A stretch of DNA of 63,485 bases, counting the filler, from Phoronis australis (Eukaryota; Animalia; Phoronida): assembly GCA_002633005.1 (NCBI GenBank). It is 8 parts of 8 records of this genome, joined end to end, with 100 filler letters (N's around TTAATTAATTAA, not from the genome) between each part and the next. Parts side by side here need not be neighbours in the genome. Positions count along the whole stretch, not along the records: positions 51,403 to 56,744 come from NMRA01001709.1; positions 56,845 to 59,664 come from NMRA01003401.1; positions 59,765 to 63,485 come from NMRA01002871.1; 5 more parts are not named here. One strand, 5' to 3'. Made by a program: the position numbers and the translations under genes. Positions 51,303-63,485 of the stretch are shown here, one piece after another. The notes under the pieces are model-generated. The model did no database searches. It saw nothing but the letters and a program-made list of their open reading frames with translations, and had not been told where the DNA came from. Every line of letters starts with the position of its first letter. Position 1 is the first letter of the stretch.

Positions 51303-52786
51303 NNNNNNNNNNNNNNNNNNNNNNNNNNNNNNNNNNNNNNNNNNNNTTAATTAATTAANNNNNNNNNNNNNNNNNNNNNNNNNNNNNNNNNNNNNNNNNN
51401 NNATTTCCAAACTATGAAAATAGACAGTTTTGCAAGACAATTTTCACTAAAGTGCAAAGTTGAGGCAAGATTTTTTATTGCTCAATCATCAAGACTAACT
51501 CTTTAACTGTATGTTCAAAACGTCACATAAGGCTACAAGGTGTTTTATGGCAGTAAGAAGGTCACAAAAATGGCCACTAAAATTAGCCCCAAAAAGTGGT
51601 CTGTGGATTATCTCCCCTGTCTAGCACAAAACTGTTAGATTTTAATAAATGGCACAGAATTGTGCACAGTATACGTTGGTTATTTCAGCCACCAAAATAT
51701 AGCCTTTGATCAATTTTGTATGTTACTCATTTTTGTTGCTGAAAACATCCGATTTTTGAGACGGCTAATATGCCCAATTGTGCCAATTTGTGTTATCATG
51801 CTCCAGCGGCGAAATTAGGGGTCATTGAGTGCTCAAAATTTGGCATTTGGGTTTTTGTTAGGATACCTACCCAAAAAAATGAAGTTGTTTTAAATTTTGA
51901 CGTATAGACTGATTTTTGAAAATCTACTGGTTTTTATATGGACTGCCTCTTAATACTTGTTTCAGACTGGTATGCAGCATTTTGGTACGAACCAGGGTTC
52001 ACTTGCTCCTTGGTTTGTAAGGTAATCGACACCTTCAATACCATCAACGTTAATATGAGCTACATGTCTACTAAAGCGTAATTTATTGATATGTTTAGTG
52101 ACGAGGGTCATGGCAGTACATGACGCAATTTGGACCCGGAAAAGAATAGGCATGCACCCTGGATCCAAAACGTCACAATGACGTCAAAATGACGTCATGC
52201 TAAACATTCTTATAAACCTAACAATTGATGTTTAGTTATGACGGTGGCGATTATGACGAAAAAACAAAACTATTATCTTCAGTTTTTCATTCAGTTTCAC
52301 CGGAATACATGTCACCCTGAGGAGTATGGCAAATGAACTGATGCCTTTGGGGAGGGGGATTGGGTCTGGAGGAGCTCAAGCGAAGTGGGCAAAATGGTCC
52401 GCCTCAGAGAAACAAAACTCAGAAAACAAGACAAATGTCCACTAAAAAGGCAAGAGCTACCAAAATTTGACGATTGTACAATTCATAATTCTGAACGTAC
52501 AGTGTGAAGCTTAGTAAAAGATCCTCATCCACAAAAATTGTTCCCATTTTTCAGGCTGGGTGCGCGCATGGTCCCTAGTGGCAATTTTGATTCTTAGTGC
52601 CCGTATTTTTCCACCGCCTCTCTCCGCTTGCCAGGCGACTGTGTCCTGCCAAGTGTCGGAAAGCAACCGCTAGTTTTTGGACGATTCCTACAAGAACTGT
52701 GCCACCTAAAGGTAATTTCAATACTTTTGCGCCAGTCCCTTTGTTTTCTCATTCTCTTAAGTTGTGTAACGTTTCAAAAGTTTGGA

Positions 52787-53074
52787 GGTCAGATTTGAGT
52801 CTGATACTGGAATAAAAACTTACAAAAATTAGTGACGTTGCATCCGCATCTCACGGACTTCAGCTTAGCTTGTGCATTATCATTATTCTTGCCAATTGGT
52901 GGCGTTTTGACCTAACGGTGCTGCATTGACGTCAGAACACCATCCCATAGGTGTGACAAATCAATCGGCCAGACTAACGATAACGTCACAAGCCAAGGTG
53001 AAGTCCGTGAAATGTGGACGCAACGTCGCTATTTTTTATAAGTTTTTATTCCAGTATTAAACTCAAACTTGATC
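52787..53074. mobile_element. MITE with ~88-bp imperfect inverted arms
   Basis: 52787-52875 is the reverse complement of 52987-53074. Confidence 0.75.
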
Positions 53075-53928
53075 TGTTTTCTCAACTGGATGTCTCAAAA
53101 TTTTTATGCTTTTGTTTAAAAAGTTTATTTTGGGCATAGGGCGACACTCTCCGATTTTTGAGCGAATTAGGTTAGTGTTGCGTAGTCATTGGTACTTTCA
53201 GCTTTACGTTCTCCCCCTTATATTAAACCGTGCGAAATAAAACTGGGTATAGGACAACAGCTACCCTATATTGGTAGAATCCAAAACACGCTGCACCTTC
53301 AAGGAGACTAGACCTCCGCCAATCTTTCCACCAAAGCACTCAAAAGGTATGCATGTAGCTTTTATGTTCGTATTAGGTAGCACACAGCCTTTTTGGCAAT
53401 TTTATTGTGAGAGCGACACCTGGCTGTGATTTCACTTTTACAAGCTTCGTTTGTCTTAATTTCTATTTAAGAAGGCATTTAATAAAACAAGATGATGTGA
53501 CATACTGTGACGTAAGCCATGGATGAACTCATGTCACATGCCAATTCCAGCGAACACGGGACAGGTTGTTGCGGCTATTCTTACGATATTGCGCGGCGAA
53601 TGGCATGTGATGGACTTAATTTATCAGTTTAACTATTATTGGAGACGATTAGTAAACTCAGCTATCAGATATATCTCTGCACCGTGCAGGCTCACGTAAT
53701 TCTGCACGCGTTCTTGCATGAGCAAGAGAAAGCCATTGGTAAGACTGAACACATTTAGTTTTAATATTCACTGACTTAGCTAATTGTGCAGTTGATTTCA
53801 GGTAAGACTGTTGCGTAATCCCAGATAGTGCTTAGTGAAACTGACCCAATGCCAGTAGTCTAGAAGGAAAGTTTTAAACGTTTCACTAAGGTCATCAACC
53901 GATTGACGAGACCGATGGTTCTAAACCA

Positions 53929-54106
53929 ATTTACTGCGAAAACATGCAAGCTGAAAATACAAAGATCGGTGAAGAAACGACTTCTTACTTTAAAAATTAT
54001 CGATTTGATGGGTCGAATACAAGACTAATTCATGATATTATTCAGGATATTATGCTAATTCCGCAGCTGACCTCAGAGTGTCTGGACTTACCTGGCCATG
54101 AGTCGT
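53929..54106 (+). repeat. Near-identical duplicate of 54612-54789, including the EPDR start codon
   Basis: 178 bp with two visible substitutions; ends at the single N at 54107. Confidence 0.9.
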
Positions 54107-54780
54107 NCCATGTTCAATCCATGTCCCAAACAATTGAATCGATGACTGACGAAATAATCTAATGACTTTACAAATAAAACTGACACCACTAAATATTTTT
54201 ACCATAATTAAGCCAGTAGTCTTACCACTCATTGTTATCTTTGAATTCTTCATGGGAAACAAAAAATCCAATGAAATAGACTATGTAGAGTTACTATGCC
54301 TCAGGCTTACCAGCTGACAGCTCAACAACAAGTGAAGAATGTTTATGTAGCCTACAAAAGTGTTCACTTCTTACTGAAGTTATGTAACTTTCACTGGAGT
54401 ACTTGTGCCCTTTGGACAGATAATTCTTGCCAGATGACTGAAGACTTTTTACAATAAGATTCCACAAAGCTAAATGTAACATGTATGTTTGGAACAAGTG
54501 TAAGGTCACCATCGATCAGCCAGCACAGAGGAGGCTGCATGAACTAGTATCAGTATAAGCCTCGCTTTGGATTTCCTCTTAATATTCATGAGGTAATATT
54601 AAGAAAGGTCTATTTACTGCGAAAACATGCAAGCTGAAAATACAAAGATCGGTGAAGAAACGACTTCTTACTTTAAAAATTATCGATTTGATGGGTCGAA
54701 AACAAGACTAACTCATGATATTATTCAGGATATTATGCTAATTCCGCAGCTGACCTCAGAGTGTCTGGACTTACCTGGCC

Positions 54781-54951
54781 ATGAGTCGTTACCTCCAAGT
54801 GGTGACGGTAGGATTAACGTTACTCGGACTGTGTGTAGCAAAGGAGCCAGCGTGTAAAAACAAGGGCTGCTGTTTCCCAGAGCAGTTCGAATCGGATGTT
54901 TTTACCGAGACACAAGTGTCATATCCTTTCTCAGCACCACAGAAACGAGTG
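54781..54951 (+). CDS. EPDR: Ependymin-related protein, coding exon 1 (signal peptide plus CC.P.QFE)
   Basis: MSRYLQVVTVGLTLLGLCVA signal-like segment, GCCFPEQFE, donor GTAGGT; acceptor upstream at 54748-54749. Confidence 0.85.
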
Positions 54952-55531
54952 GTAGGTTCTTTAACAGTTAATCGAGTGGTAGGTTCTTTAACAGTTAATC
55001 AAAGTACATAGCCTCAATTCTCGTTCACATCTTTTAGAGAAGTCAGAATCCTGCAAGTGAATACCTGCCAACGGCGGTTGTAATATTCCAAAATTCTGAA
55101 CAACATGGCATCCACAATCATATAAAATAGTTGTTTCAGTTATGAACAAGGCTCACAGACCTGATAAACTCAATTCACCGACCCACAAATACGGCTCACA
55201 GTCGGACCGCCAACATGATGCCGGTCTTAGTACAAACACAGTTCACTGGGTGCACGTCCGTGCCCTCGTTGAACGGTCAGTGAGCCACGTCTATGAGTCC
55301 AGGCACGGTGTAGCATGAAATTTTTATCCAGTTAATAATGACACCGGGTCATTTTCGGAATTGAAAAATGACAGTCTTTTACGAGGTCTGAATTCATGAT
55401 AAAAATCTTAGAAAAGTAATCCAGTTTTCAAGAGACAAATGACAATAAACTTTCCTGATCCACCTTCTTGCTGTGCAGTGAATAGGTTGACAAATCTTCA
55501 ATTTAAAGTATTATTGTATAATATATTTCAG

Positions 55532-55624
55532 GTGAAATTTACTGGAAACTTTGACTTTAAGAATGGACGTGTTGCTCTTCTGTCTAAAGACGTCTCAATT
55601 TATCTTCTAGCCAACAAAAACACT
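55532..55624 (+). CDS. EPDR: Ependymin-related protein, exon 2
   Basis: VKFTGNFDFKNGRVALLSKDVSIYLLANKNT; 93 bp, phase 0-0, TTTCAG/GTAAGT. Confidence 0.85.
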
Positions 55625-56224
55625 GTAAGTAGACAAAGCATGAAACTACCTGCGAAAAAAGCAGTTTCTGAAAGCACGTTTCTATGGTGATGGATGTTAC
55701 ACAATGGTCGAAACAAACATAGTGAAAAAACGCTTTATACTCATATATGTATTTGCTACTGAAAGGTGAAATACGAAAAAAAAAATACCGGCCCAGTTAA
55801 GATTCAAGCAATATCGAACCAGTTCCTTGTTTAAACTGGTCTTTCTGAAGCTACTGTGGCCACGATGTGGAAACAAAAATAAAACATCATCCGTTTCCCC
55901 TCCCGGCAACGAAAACCTGTCGGGTTCTCAAATAATTCAAAATATCTAGTATCATTAGTTCAAGCATCGAAAGTGCGCAAATCCACAATGCCATCACATT
56001 ACGAGAGACCCCCTTGTTAAGAATCAGGGACAACCTGGCAATCCCATCCAGAGGTAATCGACAGGTGCTTGAACCATAAAATCTCAATTTTCATTAAAGA
56101 ATGACCGCAACGTCTTGACCCACAGTGTTTACTGAACAGTCACTACTCACCACGCACGATTTCACTGACATGTTTTGACATTAAAATGCAATCATTTTAA
56201 GTAGTTAAAATGTTTTACTTTTAG

Positions 56225-56315
56225 ACTGGGATCTTCACTGCTTTCGACAACGGTAAGAAGTGCAAGAAATCGCGAATGCCATGGCGATTGCGAAAGTATG
56301 CAGGATGTATAACGA
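56225..56315 (+). CDS. EPDR: Ependymin-related protein, exon 3
   Basis: TGIFTAFDNGKKCKKSRMPWRLRKYAGCIT; TTTTAG/GTAAGT; ends in phase 1. Confidence 0.82.
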
Positions 56316-56414
56316 GTAAGTCAGGCCACTATTCGTCCTCTCACCCTCACTTACGCTGCGCAATATTAGTAGTCAAAACAGGTTCACCGCCGTAAACAAA
56401 AACTTGCTTTTCAG

Positions 56415-56600
56415 AGAAAATGCGATTTGTTGGGTCTTCAACATTGGGAAAGCCGGGAAAGCAGTTGGATGTCATGACGTTCACCAGCAAACAGATGTTG
56501 GGGAGAAGAGCGCAGTTGTCGATAACAGTGACATCTAAAGGATGTTATCCAGTAAGCACTGTTATCGTCGGTAGGAGGCGTTACAGACCTCTGATACACG
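56415..56600 (+). CDS. EPDR: Ependymin-related protein, exon 4 (last exon lost beyond the contig end)
   Basis: MRFVGSSTLG...TVTSKGCYPV matches the ependymin F.G...LG and VT...C.PV motifs; phase-1 acceptor; GTGAGT donor. Confidence 0.85.
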
Positions 56601-59600
56601 GTGAGTCGGAGGGCAGATGAATAATGAAAAGTTTCAAATTTTAAGTTTATAATTTACAATTGATCATGTTTCATCCTCGTACTTATTAGGCATCAGTCAT
56701 AAAAGTCGTATTCACGCTGGGTAATCACTTGACACAGGGTTCAGNNNNNNNNNNNNNNNNNNNNNNNNNNNNNNNNNNNNNNNNNNNNTTAATTAATTAA
56801 NNNNNNNNNNNNNNNNNNNNNNNNNNNNNNNNNNNNNNNNNNNNTATTTCACATATATCAAAAACACATTGTTTGATTGGACTAAGTTTTCGAAATTTTA
56901 AGCAGCTAACACACTTCTGAACCAAGTCAAACAAATAAATAACAAGCCTCCATCAGCTTATCAAATTTCTTAGAATGTCAAAATAATTTTTAAATTAAAA
57001 TAACTATTTGTACAGCAACAGAGCAAAATAATGAGAACAGACCCCCAACTGATGCACAGCACCATGGGTAATTTACAACGTCTGAGTCAGTGACATTGTG
57101 GTATTTCTGGATGTGTCTGTTTACTGCTATTTTTCATTCTCATGGTACCAAAGGACATCAGGAATAATGATAATGTTGTACAACTCGCTATGAGGAGCAA
57201 AATACGAGACATGTTTTTGGGCTAATCAGGGCTAACATTAATCTTCTGATAAAAATATTGAAGTGCGCAAGGAAGATGATTTTGTCTCACTTTTGTGATG
57301 TCCACATTACGAGTTTCTCCTAGAAAACGTTGTCAATAGGTTTACCGCTAGTAGAACTAAGTGTGGACTACTATTTGCCCTGGAGCAACTTGACACGTGT
57401 GACAACTTATCCCATCTTTCTATGGTACAGTACATGCCAAAAAATAATCAGATAAAATGACCCCGAATTCGCCATCATGATGGATGAGCACAAGTGTGAC
57501 TACCTTTCATACAGCAGGACTTGGAATGACCAATGACAAAAAAGAAGAACATTTTCCAGGTGATGTATATCGTTCCACAAATAAATAGGCTCATGCGACA
57601 GAAATATTTTTTGTGTTGTAAAATTTAACTGAAATAAACATTTTTGCACGAATAAAGTCAAAACAATGATAAAAAGAGACGAAAAACGGAAGATGGAAAT
57701 CAAAAAAGAGGGGTTATAAGTTGGACTTTCATGCCATAACGTCTCAGAAGTGGAATTCACCATCAGAGTAGCTAAAATATGATGCCTCGTGGTGGGTCAT
57801 GACCCCTTGTGATAGGTTATTGCCCATCAAGAGGGGAAGCAGTATTTTATCTGATTACTTTTTGGCGTATACCACAGAACAACTTGTTCTAGGGCAAGTT
57901 GCCCCTGCAATACGTTGTAATGTGGTCGTAAACCTGCTAACAAAGGCAAGTAAAATACCAGTTGTGCACTTCCATATTTACATACATTGCACATACCAGC
58001 GCCTTCATTTTCGTGTTCTATTCCTTCCCATGGTAACGGTGGGAACTCCAGAGATGTTGTTAAGTGTTGGCCACCGAACTAGGTAAAATTTATTTTCCAA
58101 ATGTCTGATTGATTTTACATTAGTCTAGATATTTGCCTGATTCATATCTGGGAATGGTGGCATATTAATGTCATATTTTAGATACAACACTGATGAGTTA
58201 ATAACCAGTGGCTGGGAAATGCCAGTTTGAAATAAGTCCCAAAACTCCAATCAGCGGTAGGCAAACCATTCAACAAAATTTGTACAAACTGTATTTTTGC
58301 TCACTTGCGTTTTTTCTTTGATATGAAAAACGAGTAAGAATTTGGAGTGTAAACTCCATTTTAAAGTCATTGAATAAATAATTTATGGCTTTATGTCAAT
58401 GACACTGTTGTTTCCACTTAACTGTACTCTTCTGTTAGACGGATGTATACATCAGGGCATGGCGCCACAATCACTGGGGTCACCAATGTTGTTGGGAACG
58501 TGTGTTCGATCTGAATTTTTGGAAAATTTGGACTCCTGGTTATGGAATCCTGTACAAACCCCTCCTCCAATGGCAAATTTTGTCTGGCTGATTTTCAAAA
58601 TTTCCTGACAGATTTTGATACTTCAGGACCTAGAGAACGTAGCAAAATATCTAATACATGAATAAAATTTACTACTACAGTGAGTCCAGGAAAATTTGGT
58701 GGAGTTCAGAATACCGAGTAAATCGAGTCCCAATGCAAAATTTTTACTGCTTAAATTTTAGCGGAAGAAATAATTGGATTACTTCCACTAAATTTCACAT
58801 GGCAACGGTTGCCTACGTAATGACTGCGTCATCAAAAGCAGCGCCATCTCGTAGAATTTTCAAACATCTGTTGCTCAGGCTGTAAAGCGGCGTTTGCATT
58901 CTCTTAACTATGGCAAGTTAAAAGCACACATTAGTGATATTTTAACACAGATAATTTGTAAATGACACAATAACAAGGATAAAAAGATGATTTTAGCCCT
59001 CTCACTGGAATACATGTCATCCGCATCACGCAATGTTTTCAGCTTGCGAGATAGACGGACAAAGAAGACGACAACATGGTTCAAACAAACATTAGGCAGC
59101 CCAATTTTAGGCCTTTTCAGGGCCTCTGTCATACTAAATACGTGTTTACAGCCTTACTGAGCGACAATGTTTAGTGTATGTGAAAAAGAACACATCAAAG
59201 ACATAATGTGACCAAATACGTGTATGTAGTTGATTACAGCTACCCTTCTTTCGGAAGGTTATTCATTTGGCTAGTTCCCAACCCTAACTGTAAATGGTGT
59301 GGAAGAGTACCTCTAGAGTCACAAATGTACTACAGAATTGTACCCCTTTGGATAAATGCCGAACTAGAAGTTATCTCCCCTTACTTCACGAATTATTAAT
59401 TCTTTACGTTACCGAGTTAGGTGAAATGCAGACAAGAGTATTTCAAAACTGTTGATAACCAATTGCTGACTACCAATTTCACCCTGGTTCCATTAATCAG
59501 CTTCCAGGTTAGTTTCATCAAAAAAATTATAGTTTATGGGCAAACCCAAAGTACACACATTAAAATTTCACCATACTGGGATAAAACAAGCAGCCAAAAA

Positions 59601-61078
59601 TTGCCATTTTAAAAATTTTAAGGGCTTCTAATAAAGTTTAGAACATTCATATTACTTCAAAATGNNNNNNNNNNNNNNNNNNNNNNNNNNNNNNNNNNNN
59701 NNNNNNNNTTAATTAATTAANNNNNNNNNNNNNNNNNNNNNNNNNNNNNNNNNNNNNNNNNNNNTCCCCCTAAATCCGCCACTGAGTTGAATTAACAAGC
59801 CGAATGTTACCGTAAAAGTTGTCTCATGTACGTAGTGTTGAACCAGTTTGCTTATACGCCTGTTTTAGGGGAGTGACTAGGTGACTAACTGGTAAAACAA
59901 GTGGATATGATTTTTTCCACTTCAAACATCACGTTTTCTGATTTTGCGTTGTTGTGGCCTTTGAGTTTGCGGCACCAACTTCCGCAATGGCATCATACCA
60001 CACAGTCTGCCTACTTGACGTGGCGTTCTCTTCAACATCAAAAATAAACGACACTGAATTGGTTGTGATGTTTTATTTTCACGGGCTAAATTTGTTCATA
60101 AGAATACATGGACATGGCCAATATCGAGGATTCTTTTCTGTGGCTTGTATGTCTGAAAAAAAAACAAGTGACCATGATTGTGATTTTCAAAACGTGCCGA
60201 CAGACTGTGGCATACATGTACCAATACCAGGGCCCGGTCTCCCCCCGTTATCAGACTTCATTCAGAATCAAACTCACACTTCATACTCAACTCGAGTACA
60301 GACTCATATTTGGTGTATTCAATGTCATACTCGAAATATCTGCACTGAAAATTTCGAGCACGTACTCACTTTTCGAGTATACTCGAAGTGAAGTGTATCT
60401 CATTTATACATGTATTTCGAGTAAGATGTTGATTAAATGTCCAAGTATATGCTCCAAATTTCAAGTTTCGCCCCGTTTGGTAGTGTCCTTGACATCGCAC
60501 TCGAAAATAAATACGAGCGAGAGAAGAAAATATCGAAAGGCCACTGAGAAACACAGCAAATAAAAAAGACCTCATGCCATATTACAGCGCTTCAGTTTCA
60601 GTTCAGAGACAACAGTGTTCATTTTAAATCTTCTTTTTACTCTATTTCTGGCAACAGGCGTATTCTAATCCCTTGTCGGTGAGCCATTACTTGTATATAA
60701 GTTTCCAAAGCAGCTGTGGGGAAAGCCGTGTGGGAAGTTTGTGTTGCCCTGATTGCAGTTGGTGTGCAACGGTTTATACGGTTTCCCAAAGACGAAGAGG
60801 CAAGGCAAGTTAAAGGCGAAGGAAACCTTTTTCCATGTCATTTTGAGCTAAAATAAGGTTGGTTGGTTATCCTAGACATATTTTCCATTTAATTACAGCT
60901 TTTCGTAATTTTATTAATTACTCGTCCGCTACTCCGGAAGTGACGTTTTAGGAGGCAAGCATTTCGCGCCAATTTCTTTTCATATAGTCTGACTGTGAGA
61001 GCTGCCGAGTCGGTCATTGTTCTACCTCGGTTGTGTTATGTTCCGTCGTCGTTTGCTTTCATTTACTACTCAGTCAAC

Positions 61079-61865
61079 ATGCCACACTGTTGATGCGTAC
61101 CAGGATGTACTAACTATCGGCTCACGCGCTCTTTGGGAGTACCTTTGCATCGCTTTCCGATGGATGACACACTTCGCCGTACTTGGCTCCTTCGTGTGAA
61201 GAACGCAGCGTTACCCGTCCACGCAACGTAAAAAGCAGTGCAGAATTACCGTGTGTGTGGCAAGCACTTTCTGCCGTCCGATTACGAAAGGGATTTGTAC
61301 GCTTAACTGATGAAGCTCCCTGCGAAACAACGTCTGAAGAAGGATGTCATTCCGTCTGTGTTGATTCCCGGCAGTGCCCCGTCCGGCACCCCCGAGAAGT
61401 GCGTTTTTGAAGCGAGAAGCCTCGCGAGCTGTGGCCAGTACAGTGACTGGAGCCAGTGGAGGCACTTCATCTACTGTCACCCGTGCCTCCGAACGTACCC
61501 CAGAGCGTGCAATTCCTGGAACCAGAAGTGATTCGCTCTGTGCTGTTTTCTCCACCCCAGAGCCTCTAAGCAGCCCTGCAGCGATATTGAGTAGTGGGAG
61601 TGATAACAGGCGACACCCAGTGAAGAGGACAGATCGTCGTCCTGTGAACAGATCGGCGAGCCAAACTTTGATAAGTTTATTGTGGACTTGTTTAAAGTGT
61701 TGGAGCTATTTAGAAGGTGCCAGGTGTGTGGCGAGGGAGTCACACGACATGGTGTAAGAAGTTTGGGTGCTCTGAGGTCACCATCCAGTGGGAGTGTGTC
61801 GCGGGACACTCGGGCAAGTGGGACAGTTGTTCCTCTGTCCGTGGTATGCCGGAGGTCCACTTAAC
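61079..61865 (+). pseudogene. Kolobok transposase N-terminus: THAP domain plus a second Zn-binding motif
   Basis: MPHC*CVPGCTNY...LHRFPMDDTLRRTW...RVCGKHFLPSDYERDLYA*LM...LKKDVIPSV, then FIVDLFKVLELFRRCQVC and CVAGHSGKWDS. Confidence 0.88.
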
Positions 61866-62168
61866 CATGTCCAGTAGTGGCTTGGCCTCGTCGAACTCTG
61901 AACAGCACAAGCATTCCATTGAGGTAGGCATAACAACGCACACGGTGCATTTGCACCAAGATGTGTCACCACGTCTGTCCTCAGTAACCGCCTCGTTTCT
62001 TTCAACAGCTGCCTGTGCCTGTGCGTACTCTGCCTCGTTATACTCGGGCTCAAACATGTACCCACCCACTGAATGTCCGTGAAAACATTCCTCGTCACCA
62101 CTGCTGTGAACAAGGTCTTCGTCACTCACACTACTGTCACTGTGATACGGGTCACCGACTCCAGCCAT
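61861..62168 (-). pseudogene. KolX (P2X7 C-terminal/Nanor-like Cys-rich) N-terminal fragment
   Basis: Acidic leader, GYMFEPEY, then WCKCTVCVVMPTSMECLCCSE. Confidence 0.85.
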
Positions 62169-63485
62169 TTNNNNNNNNNNNNNNNNNNNNNNNNNNNNNN
62201 NNNNNNNNNNNNNNNNNNNNNNNNNNNNNNNNNNNNNNNNNNNNNNNNNNNNNNNNNNNNNNNNNNNNNNNNNNNNNNNNNCTGTAATTAAGTGGAAAAT
62301 ATGTCTAGGATAACCAACCAATCTTATTTTAGCTCAAAATGACATGGAAAAAGGTTGCCTTCGCCTTTAACAGTTCGCTTCCCTGTCAGTTACATTTCAC
62401 AGCATAATTTAGTTATCGATCATTCCTCAATCCCCGAATGGTATTCCAGAATTTGTCGATTTCTAAGTAGACGTCTCGTCCCGTTTACTAATTAAGTCTA
62501 AATACCTGTACACGTAATGATTTTCAGTTCACGCGCCAAATGTCAACTAACTTGATACACTCCGGTAAAACGTAAACATACAATGTCAAAGTTTTGACAT
62601 CTGTGTAAGTGGGTTCTATATAAAGACTAATTAGCAAACGAAAGAGCAAGTACGGGGTTTGACTAGGGACCGAAAAAGTAGGGCTCCAAAATGTTGACTA
62701 GCTTATTGGCTGACGTGGGCAACCGGCTAACAAGGGAAGAACTCCGCCGCTGGCAATTAAGGTCGAAACAGTTGAAATTCGACCTCCCCTCAAAACATGC
62801 GCAATTCGAACTCCCCCTTAAAACTGTTGGTTATGCGCCTGTGATAGGATGTCTGATCCTCGAGGCCGATGTCACCGTCCCAGTACTGCATCACTCTTCG
62901 AGAAAGAAAATTTCAATATGCCGTCAATTCTTGGTGTGAAAATGCCAATTTTAGAAGTAAATGTGTCAAATTTAGGGAATCGTGGACCCTTTTGCCCGCT
63001 GCCTACATGTATATCAGACACTGAGATTGTAGCTGCTCATGCCATATTTTAGATGTGATGAACTGTTCCAAATTTCTCAGGACATTTTTGGAAGATTAGG
63101 AACGCAAAATGTAAAGCTTAATAATTGGCAGGGTAGCTTATGCGAACAGGGGCGCTGAATCAGCGCAACTGTGCGCGGTTTTGCATTTCACGTCATAAAG
63201 AGATCCACAGCAACTCGAGAAGGATTCTCAGATTTGAGAACGTTTAAAGTCTACTGGAAATGCAACATTAAAAACGCTTTTTTGAGTACAACTTCAGTGA
63301 GCACGATTTTATGTATGAAGTCTAGAGTATGATTATGAGTCTGAGTACGGAGATTGGAGATCAGGCCCAGACTTGCACTGTCAGGGCAAAAACAGGGGCG
63401 TTCATTTTGTTTCGTGTGACAAAAACTCCATATTATATTGAGTAGTCTGCACGTGATCTGGAGAACGTCGAAATTTTACAATGTT

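Larger units (their letters stand above)
60814..62366. mobile_element. Kolobok-type family C, internally deleted, TIRs of at least 85 bp
   Basis: TTAA-AGGCGAAGG ... CCTTCGCCT-TTAA; 60814-60898 is inverted at 62282-62366. Confidence 0.9.

Noticed and set aside
35729-56600. Lipid/lysosome gene cluster (CPT1, SPG11, FPGS, EPDR)
   Set aside because: Each gene lies on a separate contig joined by artificial linkers.
59954-60563. 145-aa and 151-aa overlapping ORFs
   Set aside because: No recognisable motifs; the region has scattered ACTCGA repeats suggestive of transposon subterminal DNA.
62691-62939. Death-effector or SAP-like start (LLADVGNRLTREELRRW)
   Set aside because: Similarity is limited to about 15 residues and does not continue.

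Overview
Animal genomic DNA, AT-rich with spliceosomal introns; the repeat families and the ependymin-related gene suggest a lophotrochozoan such as a mollusc (inference). The window is an artificial concatenation of eight contigs joined by seven identical 100-bp N44-TTAATTAATTAA-N44 spacers, so genes on different contigs are not evidence of synteny. Host genes appear only as exon sets: SPG11/spatacsin (8 phase-compatible exons), FPGS (2 exons), CPT1-like (1 exon), a secreted ependymin-related protein (4 exons) and an orphan 10-Cys exon. The rest is mostly transposon-derived: Helentron-type non-autonomous elements (HINE/pearl/DINE-1 architecture), three TTAA-targeting Kolobok-type families, a decayed BEL/Pao LTR element, LINE remnants, MITEs and many VNTRs. 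Three observations stand out. (1) Helentron-borne tandem repeats of three different unit lengths all carry co-oriented CTCF-consensus motifs. (2) A foldback-like element with long inverted repeat arms surrounds a decayed FEN1/XPG-like nuclease ORF and hosts nested insertions. (3) Several VNTRs specifically multiply splice donor or acceptor sites. All calls are by eye; no database searches were run.
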